From the NCBI GenBank assembly GCA_016194455.1, contig JACQBN010000010.1:1-57115 (forward strand): 57,115 bases of DNA. The letters run 5' to 3'. Position 1 is the first letter of the stretch. The number at the start of each line of letters is the position of its first letter. A model generated the notes under the pieces. That model worked only from the letters and a program-made list of their open reading frames with translations, did no database searches and was not told the origin of the DNA. Both the position numbers and the translations under genes were made by a program. Of this stretch, positions 27,587 through 38,034 are shown piece after piece. The stretch is from Candidatus Kaiserbacteria bacterium. GTDB taxonomy: Bacteria > Patescibacteriota > Minisyncoccia > Phycocordibacterales > Phycocordibacteraceae.

Positions 27587-28689
27587 AGGTCGGCATCACG
27601 GGGGGTAACGGGCTTATCGGACTCCATCTTCGGGCGCTCCTCCACGCGCGGGGCGAGGACGCAGACGTGTCGCTCATTTCTCGTGAAGATTTCTCCGATG
27701 AGAAACGCCTTCAGGCGGCGGTGAAAGATTGTGACGTGGTGCTCCATGCCGCCGCGGCCACCCGCGGAGACGATCGAGAAATCTACGAGACTAACATCCG
27801 CTTGACGAACGCACTTATCCACGCGCTTGAGAAAACCGGAAGAAAACAGCACGTCATACTCACCTCAACCGTTCAGATCGAAAAGGATACGGGATACGGC
27901 AAAAGCAAACGCGAGAACGGCGAGGCGCTCGTAGCGTGGGGTGCGAGAGCTGGCGCGCCGGTCTCGGTGCTTGTCATCCCGAACGTGTTTGGGGAGTTCG
28001 CGAAGCCCTATCACAACACTGTCGTCGCGACTTTTTGCGACCAGCTCGTGAAGGGTGAGGAGTCCAGGGTGGCGCCGGACATCTCGGTCCGACTCATGCA
28101 TGCACAGGATGTCGCAGAGCGTCTCCGGGAACTCATGGAGACCAAAGAAACAGGCATTCTCCCATTCCCCGGCGGCACCGACATTACTGTGGAAGATATC
28201 TATCGGCTGCTTTCCGGCTTCCACACGGCATATCAGTCAAGCATCGCGCTCCCGCAGACGCGCTCGCTCTTCGAGCGCCGCCTCTTCAACATGTACCGCT
28301 CGGCGTTGCCGCTCTCCTTCTACCCGCGCCCGTTTGCTCCGCGAAGCGACCGCCGCGGCGATTTGTTCGAGATGGCCCAAGTCAGCTCTCCCGGTCAGAT
28401 ATTCATGTCAACGACCAAGCCCGGGCAGGTACGCGGCAACCACTGGCATATGCGCAAGATGGAGCGCTTCGCGCTGGTACGCGGTGAGGCGCGCATGAAG
28501 GTGCGGAAACTTTTTTCAAACGAGGCCCACACCTATGAGCTCTCGGGTAACCGCCCGGCTTTCGTCGATACCGGCACCTTCAGCATCCACGCTCTCGAGA
28601 ACGCGGGCACAGACGAACTCGTCACTGCCTTCTGGGCGGACGAAATTTTCAACCCGGGCGACCCCGATAGTTTCGCCGAGGTTGTATAG
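27583..28689 (+). CDS. fnlB: FnlB/CapF/WbjC reductase-epimerase (SDR plus cupin)
   Basis: PNVFGEFAKPYHNTVVATFC, DRRG, TKPGQVRGNHWH, E.FNPGDPDS. Confidence 0.9.
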   Translation: MKVGITGGNGLIGLHLRALLHARGEDADVSLISREDFSDEKRLQAAVKDCDVVLHAAAATRGDDREIYETNIRLTNALIHALEKTGRKQHVILTSTVQIEKDTGYGKSKRENGEALVAWGARAGAPVSVLVIPNVFGEFAKPYHNTVVATFCDQLVKGEESRVAPDISVRLMHAQDVAERLRELMETKETGILPFPGGTDITVEDIYRLLSGFHTAYQSSIALPQTRSLFERRLFNMYRSALPLSFYPRPFAPRSDRRGDLFEMAQVSSPGQIFMSTTKPGQVRGNHWHMRKMERFALVRGEARMKVRKLFSNEAHTYELSGNRPAFVDTGTFSIHALENAGTDELVTAFWADEIFNPGDPDSFAEVV

Positions 28690-28703
28690 GGTACACTCTT
28701 TCT

Positions 28704-29837
28704 ATGCCTACAAAAACGAAAGTCCTCACCATCCTCGGCACGCGCCCGGAAATCATCCGGCTCTCGGCGGTGATCAAAGAGCTCGACGCTCGAGTCGAGC
28801 ACGTGCTTGTGCATACCGGTCAGAACTACGACTATGAGCTCAACGAAATATTTTTTAAAGATCTTGGACTCCGCAAGCCCGACCACTTCCTCGAGGCGGC
28901 GGGTACAACAGCGATCGAAACGATCGCGAACCTCCTGGTCAAGACTGACGAGATCCTCGAGAAGGAAAAGCCGGACGCCGTACTCGTACTTGGCGACACC
29001 AACAGCGCGCTCGCGATTTATGCGGCGAAGCGCCGGAAGACACCGATTTTCCACATGGAGGCGGGGAACCGCTGCTTTGACGAACGCGTGCCCGAGGAGA
29101 TCAATCGCCGCATCGTCGACCACACGAGCGACATCAACCTTGTCTACTCTGAGCGCGCCCGTGAGTATCTGCTCCGCGAAGGATTTCCGCCCGACCGGAT
29201 CATCAAGACCGGCTCGCCGATGTTCGAGGTGCTCACCGCCCACGCCGATCAGATAAAAAGTTCAGGAGTGATGAAAAAACTTGGGCTCGCCCGCGGCACC
29301 TATTTCGTCGCGAGCTTCCACCGCGAGGAAAATGTCGGCACCGAGCGCGGCGCGCTCCGCATCAAGGAGATTCTCGACCGCCTTGCGGCGACCTATACAC
29401 TCCCGATCATCCTCTCGCTCCATCCGCGCACAAAGAAAGTTTTTGAGGAACGACACATCGTGCTGCCGAAGCTGGTGCAGGCGCAAAAACCGCTCGGCTT
29501 CTTTGACTATGTCGCGCTTGAGACCAACGCCGCCTGCGTGCTCTCGGACAGCGGGACGATCAACGAGGAGTCGTCCATTCTCGGGTTCCCGGCGGTCAAC
29601 GTCCGCGAGGCGCACGAGCGCCCCGAGGCCTCCGACGAAGGTATCACCGTGCTTGCCGGCCTCAACCCCGACCGGGTGCTCGAAGCGGTTGCGCTCGCGA
29701 TTGCCTATGCCAAAGAAGGAAAGAAAGCGCGACTCGTCGCCGACTACTCGATGCCAAATGTGTCGCAGAAGGTCGTACAGACGATTCTCGGCTACGTCGG
29801 CTACGTGAAGCGCCGCATCTGGTTCGAGGGTATCTAA
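28704..29837 (+). CDS. fnlC: UDP-N-acetylhexosamine 2-epimerase (FnlC/CapG/WbjD)
   Basis: GTRPEIIRLS, HTGQNYDYEL, HMEAGNRCFD, SDSGT, REAHERPE. Confidence 0.9.
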   Translation: MPTKTKVLTILGTRPEIIRLSAVIKELDARVEHVLVHTGQNYDYELNEIFFKDLGLRKPDHFLEAAGTTAIETIANLLVKTDEILEKEKPDAVLVLGDTNSALAIYAAKRRKTPIFHMEAGNRCFDERVPEEINRRIVDHTSDINLVYSERAREYLLREGFPPDRIIKTGSPMFEVLTAHADQIKSSGVMKKLGLARGTYFVASFHREENVGTERGALRIKEILDRLAATYTLPIILSLHPRTKKVFEERHIVLPKLVQAQKPLGFFDYVALETNAACVLSDSGTINEESSILGFPAVNVREAHERPEASDEGITVLAGLNPDRVLEAVALAIAYAKEGKKARLVADYSMPNVSQKVVQTILGYVGYVKRRIWFEGI

Positions 29838-29840
29838 CGC

Positions 29841-30989
29841 ATGCGTTTGCTCTATATCGCGAACGCGCGTATCCCGACTCCCCGCGCGTACGGGCTCCAG
29901 ATCATGAAGACCTGCGAGGCGCTTCAGGCCGCAGGGGCCGCGGTGGAGCTTGTGCTGCCCTCCCGCAGCGTCCGCATGATCGACGACCCGTTCGCCTACT
30001 ATGGCGTTCGAGCGCGCTTCCCGCTCAGGACGCTCCGGGTGCCCGACCTTGTCAGTTCCGGCCCGCTCGGCTTTTTCATCTCGACACTCTGGTTCGCCGA
30101 GCGCGTGCGGTTCCTGCCCTCTTTCTTCGACGCGGATGTGATGTATTCCCGCGACGCGCTCGTGCTTCTCCAGTATCTGCTGCTCGGACGGACACTTATT
30201 TTTGAAGCCCATGCGTCGCCGTCGTTTGTTTCAACGCTCGTCGCTCGGTGTGCCAGGCGCGTTGTCGTGATTTCACACGGGCTCCGGGACGCGTATGTCT
30301 CCGCTGGTATCATGCCGGGGAAGATCATCGTTGCGCCCGACGCGGTCGATGAACGTCTCTTTGACCTGGTTCAGGACAGGGGGGCGGCGCGGAGCTCGCT
30401 CGGGCTGCCGGTGGACGAGCGGATCGCGCTCTATGCGGGGCATCTCTATTCGCGCAAGGGCGCGGACACGCTCGCGGCGGCGGCGGAGCTCCTGCCCGGG
30501 ACACGCTTTGTTTTTGTCGGCGGGACGAGCGCGGATGTCGCGGCGTTTCAGCATCGATGGAGAAAGTTCTCGAACATCACGATTGTCGGCTCTGTAGCGC
30601 ATGAACAGATCCCGCTCTATCTGCGCGCGGCCGATATCCTTGTGGTGCCGAACTCGGGGCGGGACGAGGATGCCGCGCGCTTCACCTCGCCCATGAAGCT
30701 TTTTGAGTATATAGCCTCTGGCACGCCCGTTCTCGCCTCTGACGTGCCGGCGCTCCGCGAAATTTTGAGTGAAGAAAATGCCACGCTCGTCTCGCCAGAC
30801 GATCCCGCAGCGTTCGCGCGCGGGATCACTGAAATTCTTTCATATCCCGAGGATGCGCACGCACGCGCGGCGCGCGCGCAGGAGCTCGCGCGGCATTATT
30901 CTTGGAAGAACCGCGCGGAACTTATTTTGCAATCGCTTCGCGTCGACGGGTATACCCCTCAAGCAAGACCCCACCAAGCGCGAGGTTGA
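29841..30989 (+). CDS. GT4 glycosyltransferase
   Basis: YAGHLYSRKG, TSPMKLFEYIASG, YSWKNRA. Confidence 0.9.
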   Translation: MRLLYIANARIPTPRAYGLQIMKTCEALQAAGAAVELVLPSRSVRMIDDPFAYYGVRARFPLRTLRVPDLVSSGPLGFFISTLWFAERVRFLPSFFDADVMYSRDALVLLQYLLLGRTLIFEAHASPSFVSTLVARCARRVVVISHGLRDAYVSAGIMPGKIIVAPDAVDERLFDLVQDRGAARSSLGLPVDERIALYAGHLYSRKGADTLAAAAELLPGTRFVFVGGTSADVAAFQHRWRKFSNITIVGSVAHEQIPLYLRAADILVVPNSGRDEDAARFTSPMKLFEYIASGTPVLASDVPALREILSEENATLVSPDDPAAFARGITEILSYPEDAHARAARAQELARHYSWKNRAELILQSLRVDGYTPQARPHQARG

Positions 30990-32211
30990 GGGCGCGGCCG
31001 AAGATGCGCGCGACTACCGCGCCCATAAGGCCGTAGGCGCCGGTGAGAAAAACGAGCGCGGCGATCTGGCAGACGGGCGAGAGGACGTTGTAGATGTAAA
31101 GCTCCCGCTTCGCCTCGCGGGCCTGCAGCAGGGTGATGGGGAGCGCGTTCCCGATCGGGATCAGGGAAAGCGCATATATTTGAGAAAAAAATATCGCCTC
31201 CGTATACGCAGGGAAGAAAATCCGGAAGGCCAGGGGCGCGACCGCGATATAGAGAAACGCAACGAGCACAAGCGCACCCGTGAAGAGCCAGAGCCGGTTC
31301 CAGAAGTTCGCACGCACTTCGTTGAACGGCCGCGCAACGAACTTGGGTAGCGCGAGCACGGAAACGCTATTGAAGACTCCTTTGATCTGCTCCGGGAGCG
31401 CGGTCGCGAAGGCGTAGACGGCGAGCTCGACCGCGCCGAGATAATGAAAAACCACGAGCTTGTCGATCTGCTGCGCGAGCGTGGAGAGAAGATTCATCGC
31501 GCTGAAGTGGGCCCCCAGCTTCCGAACTTCCGGATCGGGGACCCCGCCCGGCCTCCAGAGATTCCAGGCGACAAACGTCAGCAGGATCCCGGTCACGATG
31601 TTGCTGCCCAGATAAGCGGCGAGAAAGCTGATCGGATTCTTCGTCGCGAGCATCGTGGCGAAGAGCGCGAGAGAGGGGACCGCGTACAGCACGAGGCCGA
31701 AGAGGGAATTTGCGCGGAACTCCTTGCGACCCACGAGGAAGGAACCGAAAAGATACGCGGGCTGGAAGAAGGGCCCAAGAAGCGCGATGACCGCGAAGGC
31801 GAGGGCGAGCGCGCCGTTGCCCGCGAGGTAGTAATAGATTCCGACCCCGAGCGCGATGAGCGCAAGGGGGATTCCGCCGAGAAGGCTTGGCAGGAACGAG
31901 GTGCGATAGGCGCCCTCCTTCCCGCGCGCGACCGCTTGCGAGAGCGCGGTGGGCAGTCCGGTAAAAGTGAACGCCGTAAGGACCCAAAAGGCGGAAAGCA
32001 GATAGCGATAGGTGCCGTAGACGTCCTTGGGGACATAGCGCGCGAACGCGATCGCGAGCAAGAAGGAAATCAGCGCTCCGCCGACTTGGTCGAGACCGAG
32101 CCAGAAGCCGCCCGAGGCGAGATAGACCATATCGGTCTTGGTGTACCGCCCAAGAAAGTGTAAGAAACGCTTAGGCGGCCCAGGCAAAGGCGAGGTGGAG
32201 GAGGGAGGCAT
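30922..32211 (-). CDS. wzx: polysaccharide flippase (Wzx/MOP family)
   Basis: About 12 TM segments, YGTYRY, QIDKLVV, LAVYAFA; 68 bp convergent overlap with the GT4. Confidence 0.85.
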   Translation of the reverse strand: MPPSSTSPLPGPPKRFLHFLGRYTKTDMVYLASGGFWLGLDQVGGALISFLLAIAFARYVPKDVYGTYRYLLSAFWVLTAFTFTGLPTALSQAVARGKEGAYRTSFLPSLLGGIPLALIALGVGIYYYLAGNGALALAFAVIALLGPFFQPAYLFGSFLVGRKEFRANSLFGLVLYAVPSLALFATMLATKNPISFLAAYLGSNIVTGILLTFVAWNLWRPGGVPDPEVRKLGAHFSAMNLLSTLAQQIDKLVVFHYLGAVELAVYAFATALPEQIKGVFNSVSVLALPKFVARPFNEVRANFWNRLWLFTGALVLVAFLYIAVAPLAFRIFFPAYTEAIFFSQIYALSLIPIGNALPITLLQAREAKRELYIYNVLSPVCQIAALVFLTGAYGLMGAVVARIFGRALNLALGGVLLEGYTRRREAIAK

Positions 32212-32278
32212 GGAGCGCCTCTATCGTACCATCGCGAGCAGGCTTAGGTTACCGAAGATATGCGTTATAGTGGCCGCT

Positions 32279-34009
32279 ATGAGCAACCAACTCCGCCCCC
32301 TCCTCTGCCAACACTGGGGCGTACTTCTGGTCGCCCTGATTGCAGGATGTCTTACCGCCTTCCCGCAACTCATCAACGAGCACCGGATGAGCGCCGCCTA
32401 CACAGGCGTCCACCCGATCGTGAGTGACGACGAACTCTATTATCTCGCGCGCGCGCACGAAACGCTCGACGGCCACCCGACTCTTGGCAACCCCTATCTC
32501 GCTGAGGACAAGAACCAGCCGGGCGTGCAGTTCTGGATGCCCGACGCCTTCTTCGCGAGCGTGGACCAGGCGCTCTTCGGAAATGTGCGCACGGGAGCGC
32601 TCGTCTGGGATTTCCTCTTGCCCTTCGGAATCGTGCTCGGCGCCTACGCGGTCTTCTATCTGCTCACCGCGGACGTACTGCTCGCGCTCGCAGGAACGAT
32701 ATTTCTCGAGCCCGGACGCTTTTTTCTTGAATATAATCGCACACCGAATCCCCAGCTCTTCTTCGTGCTCCTGCTCTCACTGCTTGCGCTGCTGCTCTAT
32801 TTTCGCACGAAGCGCACGCGCTACGCGCTTTTTGCCGCGCTTGCCGGCGGCTCGCTCTTCTACATCTATCCCTTCTATTGGACCTACTGGGTGGTGCTCG
32901 TGGGACTCGGCATCATGCTCACCTTCCTCTTCCTCCGCGAGAGCGGGGCATGGCAGAAGCTCGGACTCATCTTCCTCGGCGCGTGCGCGATCGGCGTGCC
33001 CTATTTCATCAGCGCGTATCGGGCGGCGCATCTGCCGTACTACCATGAATCGCTGGTGCGCATCGGGGTCATCGAGACGCATTTCCCCTCGGGCATCGCC
33101 GCGGTCTCGGTTGCAGGGGCAACACTGCTTCTCGTCCTCTGGTGCTGGTGGAAACGCTTCGTCCCGCGCACGCCCGAGACCGCGCTTATCGCCGCCGCAA
33201 CTCTTGCGGGAGGCATTGTGATGAATCAGCATCTCATCACCGGCATGAACTTCCAGTTCATCATCCACTACACAATGCCCTCCGTGGTGATGAGTGTCTT
33301 CGCGCTTGCCGCCTGCGCCGCGGGGCTGCTTACGCGCTCAAGAGAGTCCTACCGCGTTCCGCTTCGCGTCCTGGTCCTCTGTATTTTTGTTCTCTATGCC
33401 CTTATCCACACGACTCCGTTTGTGAGAGCGATTGCGACGCCCTCCGCGCGCGATCTCGCTGCCGAGCGCTACGGACCCGTTCTCGCCTGGCTTGATGCGC
33501 ACACCGTGACCGACGCCGTCGTCTACGCCGACGACGCACTCGCTCCCTACATCCCAGCCTACACACGCGACAACGTTTATTTTTCTCCGTGGGCGTATCT
33601 TTCCTATCTGCCGCAGGCGGAGGTTAATACGCGCTTCCTCGGCGCACACTACTTCGAGCGACCATTTACCCGCGAGAGCGTCACTTCCCGCGAGCTCGAC
33701 GTCTTCGGCGCCTACTATGTGGGCCGCTCTCAGCACGCGGCGACCGCGAACAAGGCCCGGCGGCTCCTCGGGCTCCCCGTTATTCTTGAACCGCGGTATC
33801 CGGAGGAGGAGGTGAATGCACTTGTCGCGCGTGAGGCGATGCTCCAGCGGGGGAGCTGGCAGAACGCACTCGCCGGCTATCGGGTTGACTACCTCGCCTG
33901 GGATACCGTCGCCGATCCTGGCTGGAATATCGGAGCCGTACCGGGGCTCACGAAGGTCTATGCCGCAAACGGCATTCTGGTGTATGCTGTGGCCGCTCGA
34001 AAACCATGA
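32279..34009 (+). CDS. multi-TM membrane protein, GT-C-like
   Basis: SDDELYYLAR acidic motif after TM1, many TMs, C-terminal LAWLDAHT...YRVDYL soluble domain. Start placed at ATG 32279. Confidence 0.7.
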   Translation: MSNQLRPLLCQHWGVLLVALIAGCLTAFPQLINEHRMSAAYTGVHPIVSDDELYYLARAHETLDGHPTLGNPYLAEDKNQPGVQFWMPDAFFASVDQALFGNVRTGALVWDFLLPFGIVLGAYAVFYLLTADVLLALAGTIFLEPGRFFLEYNRTPNPQLFFVLLLSLLALLLYFRTKRTRYALFAALAGGSLFYIYPFYWTYWVVLVGLGIMLTFLFLRESGAWQKLGLIFLGACAIGVPYFISAYRAAHLPYYHESLVRIGVIETHFPSGIAAVSVAGATLLLVLWCWWKRFVPRTPETALIAAATLAGGIVMNQHLITGMNFQFIIHYTMPSVVMSVFALAACAAGLLTRSRESYRVPLRVLVLCIFVLYALIHTTPFVRAIATPSARDLAAERYGPVLAWLDAHTVTDAVVYADDALAPYIPAYTRDNVYFSPWAYLSYLPQAEVNTRFLGAHYFERPFTRESVTSRELDVFGAYYVGRSQHAATANKARRLLGLPVILEPRYPEEEVNALVAREAMLQRGSWQNALAGYRVDYLAWDTVADPGWNIGAVPGLTKVYAANGILVYAVAARKP

Positions 34010-34953
34010 AGATTTCCGTTGTCACGCCGGTCTACAACGAAGCGAAAAGCCTCCCTCGCCTCGTCGAGGAGGTTACCGCAGCGCTCACGCCGCTCGGCGA
34101 GTACGAGATTCTCCTCGTTGACGACGGCTCGAAAGATGACACCTATGACACACTCGAACGGATTGCGAAGAAGGATAAGCGTCTGAAAGTCCTGTCGCTG
34201 CGCGCCAATCGCGGCCAGACTGCAGCCCTGATGGCGGGCATCGACCACGCCAGGGGCGATGTTGTCGTCACGATCGACAGCGATCTCGAGAACGATCCTG
34301 CCGACATCCCGCGCCTCGTCAAGAAACTGGAGGAAAGCGGAGCGGACATCGTCTCGGGCTGGCGCAAGGATCGCTGGCAGGACCATTTCTTCACCCGGCG
34401 CCTGCCCTCCGCGATCGCGAACCGGCTCATCTCGCGCATCAGCAAACTCTCCCTCCATGACCACGGCTGCACCTTGAAGGCGTATCGACGCGGGGTGCTC
34501 GAGGACGTCGCGCTCTACGGCGACATGCACCGCTTCATCGCGGCGTATCTCTCCTGGCGCGGCGCGCGGGTCGTCGAGCTGCCGGTCGCGCACCGCCCGC
34601 GGCTGTACGGACGCTCGAACTACGGCATCGGACGCACCTTGCGCGTCCTGCTGGATCTTGTGGTCATCAAGTTTTTTAATACCTATCTCAACCGGCCCAT
34701 CCACTTCTTCGGCGGACTCGGCCTCGTCTCGCTCGCGCTCGGCTTTCTGGCCGGGGCCGCGGCGATCGTGCTCCGCCTCCTCAACATCCGGCATTTCGTA
34801 GAGACACCGCTCCCGACACTCTCCGCGCTTTTCATCATCGTTGGCGTTGAACTCGTGCTGATGGGCGTCCTGGCGGAGATGCTCACCCGCATCTACTACG
34901 AGACGCGCGGCAAGCGCACCTACACGCTGAAGAAGACGCTCAACCTCCCCTAA
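34006..34953 (+). CDS. GT2 polyprenol-phosphate glycosyltransferase (ArnC/GtrB-like)
   Basis: PVYNE, DDGSKD, IDSDLEND, DHGCTLKAYR, MHRFI, two C-terminal TMs. Confidence 0.92.
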   Translation: MKISVVTPVYNEAKSLPRLVEEVTAALTPLGEYEILLVDDGSKDDTYDTLERIAKKDKRLKVLSLRANRGQTAALMAGIDHARGDVVVTIDSDLENDPADIPRLVKKLEESGADIVSGWRKDRWQDHFFTRRLPSAIANRLISRISKLSLHDHGCTLKAYRRGVLEDVALYGDMHRFIAAYLSWRGARVVELPVAHRPRLYGRSNYGIGRTLRVLLDLVVIKFFNTYLNRPIHFFGGLGLVSLALGFLAGAAAIVLRLLNIRHFVETPLPTLSALFIIVGVELVLMGVLAEMLTRIYYETRGKRTYTLKKTLNLP

Positions 34954-34955
34954 CT

Positions 34956-36830
34956 ATGTGCGGGATCGCCGGATTCGTCGGGAGAGGGGCGGAGCGCGAC
35001 GCGAAGCGAATGATCGCGGCTGTGCACCACCGCGGGCCCGATGATACCGGCATCTACGCCGCGCCGGGCATCGGGCTCGCCCACGCGCGGCTCTCGATCA
35101 TTGATCTCTCACCGGCGGGCCATCAGCCGATGTGGAACAAAGCGAAGACAGCCGCGATTATCCTCAACGGCGAGATTTATAATTTTGAAGAACTGCGCGC
35201 CTCTGAAGTCCCTCGGTATCCCTACGCCGGCCACTCCGACACGGAGGTCATCCTCGCGCTCTACGAGAAGTACGGCGCACGCTGCTTCTCGATGTTGGGC
35301 GGCATGTTCGCGCTCGCACTCTGGGATGCAGAGCGGGAGACGCTGTTTTTGGTCCGCGACCGAACGGGGAAGAAACCGCTCTACTGGGGATGCTTCGGCG
35401 ACACGCTCCTCTTCGGTTCTGAGCCCAAAGCGCTCTTCGCCCATCCTGCCGCAAAGAAAGAAATGGATCTACTTGCGCTCAATCAGTATCTCGCGCTCGA
35501 CTATGTCCCGACCCCGCTCTCGATCTGGAAGGGAATAGAGAAACTGCCTCCCGCAACGGTACTCACCTACGCCCGCGGGGAGATCACAATGGGTGTGTTC
35601 TGGCACCCGGACTTCTCCGAGTTCTTGATGCCGTTCCCGGAGACCCTTGCCCGGCTCGACACAGAACTCGCGCGCGCCGCTGCCGAGCGTCTCGTCTCGG
35701 ACGTCCCGCTTGGCGTCCTGCTCTCGGGCGGGCTCGATAGCAGCACAGTCGCGTTCTACGCGCAGAAGGCGGCGCACGAGCCGTTGCACACGTTCTCGAT
35801 CGGATTCGACGAGCCGAGCTTCGACGAGTCCCGCTACGCCCTCCTCGTCGCGAGGCATCTCGGCACTCAGCATCACCACCGAGTCGTCACCGCACAAGAT
35901 TCGCTTCGGGCGCTGCCGGACATCATCGCGCTCATGGACGAGCCCCTGGCGGACGCCTCCATCGTCCCGACAAATCTTCTATCCCGATTCGCGAAGGAGA
36001 GTGTCACGGCGGCGCTCGGCGGCGACGGCGGCGACGAGCTCTTCGCGGGTTACCCGACCTTCCTGGCCGACCGCTACGCCGCGCTTGCCCGCGCGCTGCC
36101 GCTCGCGCTCCCCGCGCTCAACCTCGTTATGCAGCACGCGCCGCCCCGAGAGCGCTACATGAGTTTTGAATTCAAACTGCGCCAGTTCCTCAAAGGCGCG
36201 GGCGAATCCGACCCAGTTGAACGTCATATGCGCTGGCTCGGCGCGTTCTCGGAGGGAGAGCGCAAGGAATTGCTCTCGTCTGACGCATGGCATGCGGTAG
36301 AGCACGATGACGTCTACCAGGCCGCCCGGGACGCGTTTTTGCAATCAACCAGCACCGACCCCCGCACGCGCCTCCTCTTTATGTATGAGCGAAGTTATCT
36401 CATGGATGAAGTTTTGGTGAAGGTTGATCGCGCGAGCATGGCGCACGCGCTTGAAGTGCGCGCGCCCTTCCTCGATTATAAACTCGTCGAGTTCGTGAAC
36501 CGCCTGCCGTATTCCTATAAGCTCCACGGCTTCACGACGAAATATATGTTGAAGCGCCTCATGCGCGGGAAATTGCCGGAGCTCATTATCAACCGAACGA
36601 AGAAAGGATTTGCGGTTCCGGTCGGTGCATGGATTAATGGCCCGCTGCGCGCCTGGGCGGACGATCTGCTCCTCGGGAGCGGGGGGCGGGCGGGCCTCTT
36701 CAAGCCGGTCTACATCTCAAAACTCCTCAGGGAACACCGCGCGGGAACCCGCGATCATCGCAAAAAACTTTGGAATCTGCTTATGTTCTTCGCGTGGTAC
36801 GATGCACTGCTTCCTCATGGAACTCCATAG
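34956..36830 (+). CDS. asnB: asparagine synthase (glutamine-hydrolysing)-family amidotransferase
   Basis: MCGIAG, HRGPD, RLSIID, NGEIYN, LSGGLDSS, GDGGDELF, KVDRASMAH. Confidence 0.95.
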   Translation: MCGIAGFVGRGAERDAKRMIAAVHHRGPDDTGIYAAPGIGLAHARLSIIDLSPAGHQPMWNKAKTAAIILNGEIYNFEELRASEVPRYPYAGHSDTEVILALYEKYGARCFSMLGGMFALALWDAERETLFLVRDRTGKKPLYWGCFGDTLLFGSEPKALFAHPAAKKEMDLLALNQYLALDYVPTPLSIWKGIEKLPPATVLTYARGEITMGVFWHPDFSEFLMPFPETLARLDTELARAAAERLVSDVPLGVLLSGGLDSSTVAFYAQKAAHEPLHTFSIGFDEPSFDESRYALLVARHLGTQHHHRVVTAQDSLRALPDIIALMDEPLADASIVPTNLLSRFAKESVTAALGGDGGDELFAGYPTFLADRYAALARALPLALPALNLVMQHAPPRERYMSFEFKLRQFLKGAGESDPVERHMRWLGAFSEGERKELLSSDAWHAVEHDDVYQAARDAFLQSTSTDPRTRLLFMYERSYLMDEVLVKVDRASMAHALEVRAPFLDYKLVEFVNRLPYSYKLHGFTTKYMLKRLMRGKLPELIINRTKKGFAVPVGAWINGPLRAWADDLLLGSGGRAGLFKPVYISKLLREHRAGTRDHRKKLWNLLMFFAWYDALLPHGTP

Positions 36831-37551
36831 CCACAGCGATATTGCCGCGCTCGAGAAGGATAACTGGTGGTACGTCGTCCGCCGGCAGCTTCTGCTCAAC
36901 CTGCTTGCAAAGTATGCGCGAGCGTCCGCGGGCGGGGTCGCGCTTGATCTCGGGTGCGGGGTGGGCGCCAACTACGACGTGCTCGCTCCCTACGCAGCGC
37001 GCGTCATCGGCGTCGACATCGCCCCCGAGGCGCTCGCGTATGCGCGTGCGCGCGGCTATGCAGAGGCGCTCCAGGCGAAGGGAGAACATCTGCCGCTTCA
37101 GGATCACTCGGTAACGCTTGCGCTCTGTGCGGATATCCTTGAGCACCTTGACGATACGAAAGCAGTCCCCGAACTCCGCAGGGTGCTTATGCCAGGCGGC
37201 ATCGTCGTCGCGACCGTGCCGGCCTTCCCGAGCCTCTGGAACGAGAACGACGATTACAGCCACCATTTGCGGCGCTACCGCCGCGGCGAGCTCCGGAAGC
37301 TCTTTGCGAAGTCCGGATTCATCCTTCGCGCGAGCGGATACTGGAACGCGCTCCTTTTCGTTCCCGTGTGGATCATGGCGCGCTTCTACCGGCGTCGGCC
37401 CAATCGCCCGCTGCGCAACAATCTCTCGCTCGTGCCGCGCTTCCTCAATGGCGCCTTGACGCGCGCCGCGCTCGTCGAGCAACGGCTCCATCGTTTCCTC
37501 CCGCTGCCTTTTGGCGTCTCCGAAGTGCTCGTTTGCGAAGCCCCGGCGTAG
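36817..37551 (+). CDS. class I SAM-dependent methyltransferase
   Basis: NWWYVVR, LDLGCGVG, DILEH, TVPAFPSLW, HHLRRY. Confidence 0.9.
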   Translation: MELHSHSDIAALEKDNWWYVVRRQLLLNLLAKYARASAGGVALDLGCGVGANYDVLAPYAARVIGVDIAPEALAYARARGYAEALQAKGEHLPLQDHSVTLALCADILEHLDDTKAVPELRRVLMPGGIVVATVPAFPSLWNENDDYSHHLRRYRRGELRKLFAKSGFILRASGYWNALLFVPVWIMARFYRRRPNRPLRNNLSLVPRFLNGALTRAALVEQRLHRFLPLPFGVSEVLVCEAPA

Positions 37552-37581
37552 CGGCCGATTCCCCGTGCTACGATTCGTCCA

Positions 37582-38034
37582 ATGAACCTGCGGGCATTCG
37601 TCGAGAAGCACCGCGCAACTTTTTTCTTTTTAGTTCGCTACGGGATCTCGGGGGCTACTGGCGGACTCATCCAGACCGTCGGGCTCTATATCTGGGTCTC
37701 GCTGTTCGGCTTCCGGGCGACCTATCTCTGGGGCGTCGTCATCGCCTATTGTATTGCGGTCGTCGTGAGTTTCGTCATGCAGAAGTACTGGACCTTCCGC
37801 GATTACGCCGGCCACATGGTTCCGCGGCAACTGTTTTGGTACACAACGACATCACTCGGAAATCTCGGACTCAACGCGCTCATTCTCCACGCCAGCAAGC
37901 AGGTGCTCGAGGGACTCGGCTTCAATTTCTTCCATCTCTGGTATCTCGGTGTCCAGGTGATCGCCGTATTCGTGGTCGCACTCTCGAGCTTCCTCTCGAA
38001 TCGCTATATCACCTTCCGCTCTGTCCCGCTTTAG
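37582..38034 (+). CDS. gtrA: GtrA family lipid-sugar flippase
   Basis: Four TMs, RYGISG, QKYWTF, NRYITF. Confidence 0.88.
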   Translation: MNLRAFVEKHRATFFFLVRYGISGATGGLIQTVGLYIWVSLFGFRATYLWGVVIAYCIAVVVSFVMQKYWTFRDYAGHMVPRQLFWYTTTSLGNLGLNALILHASKQVLEGLGFNFFHLWYLGVQVIAVFVVALSSFLSNRYITFRSVPL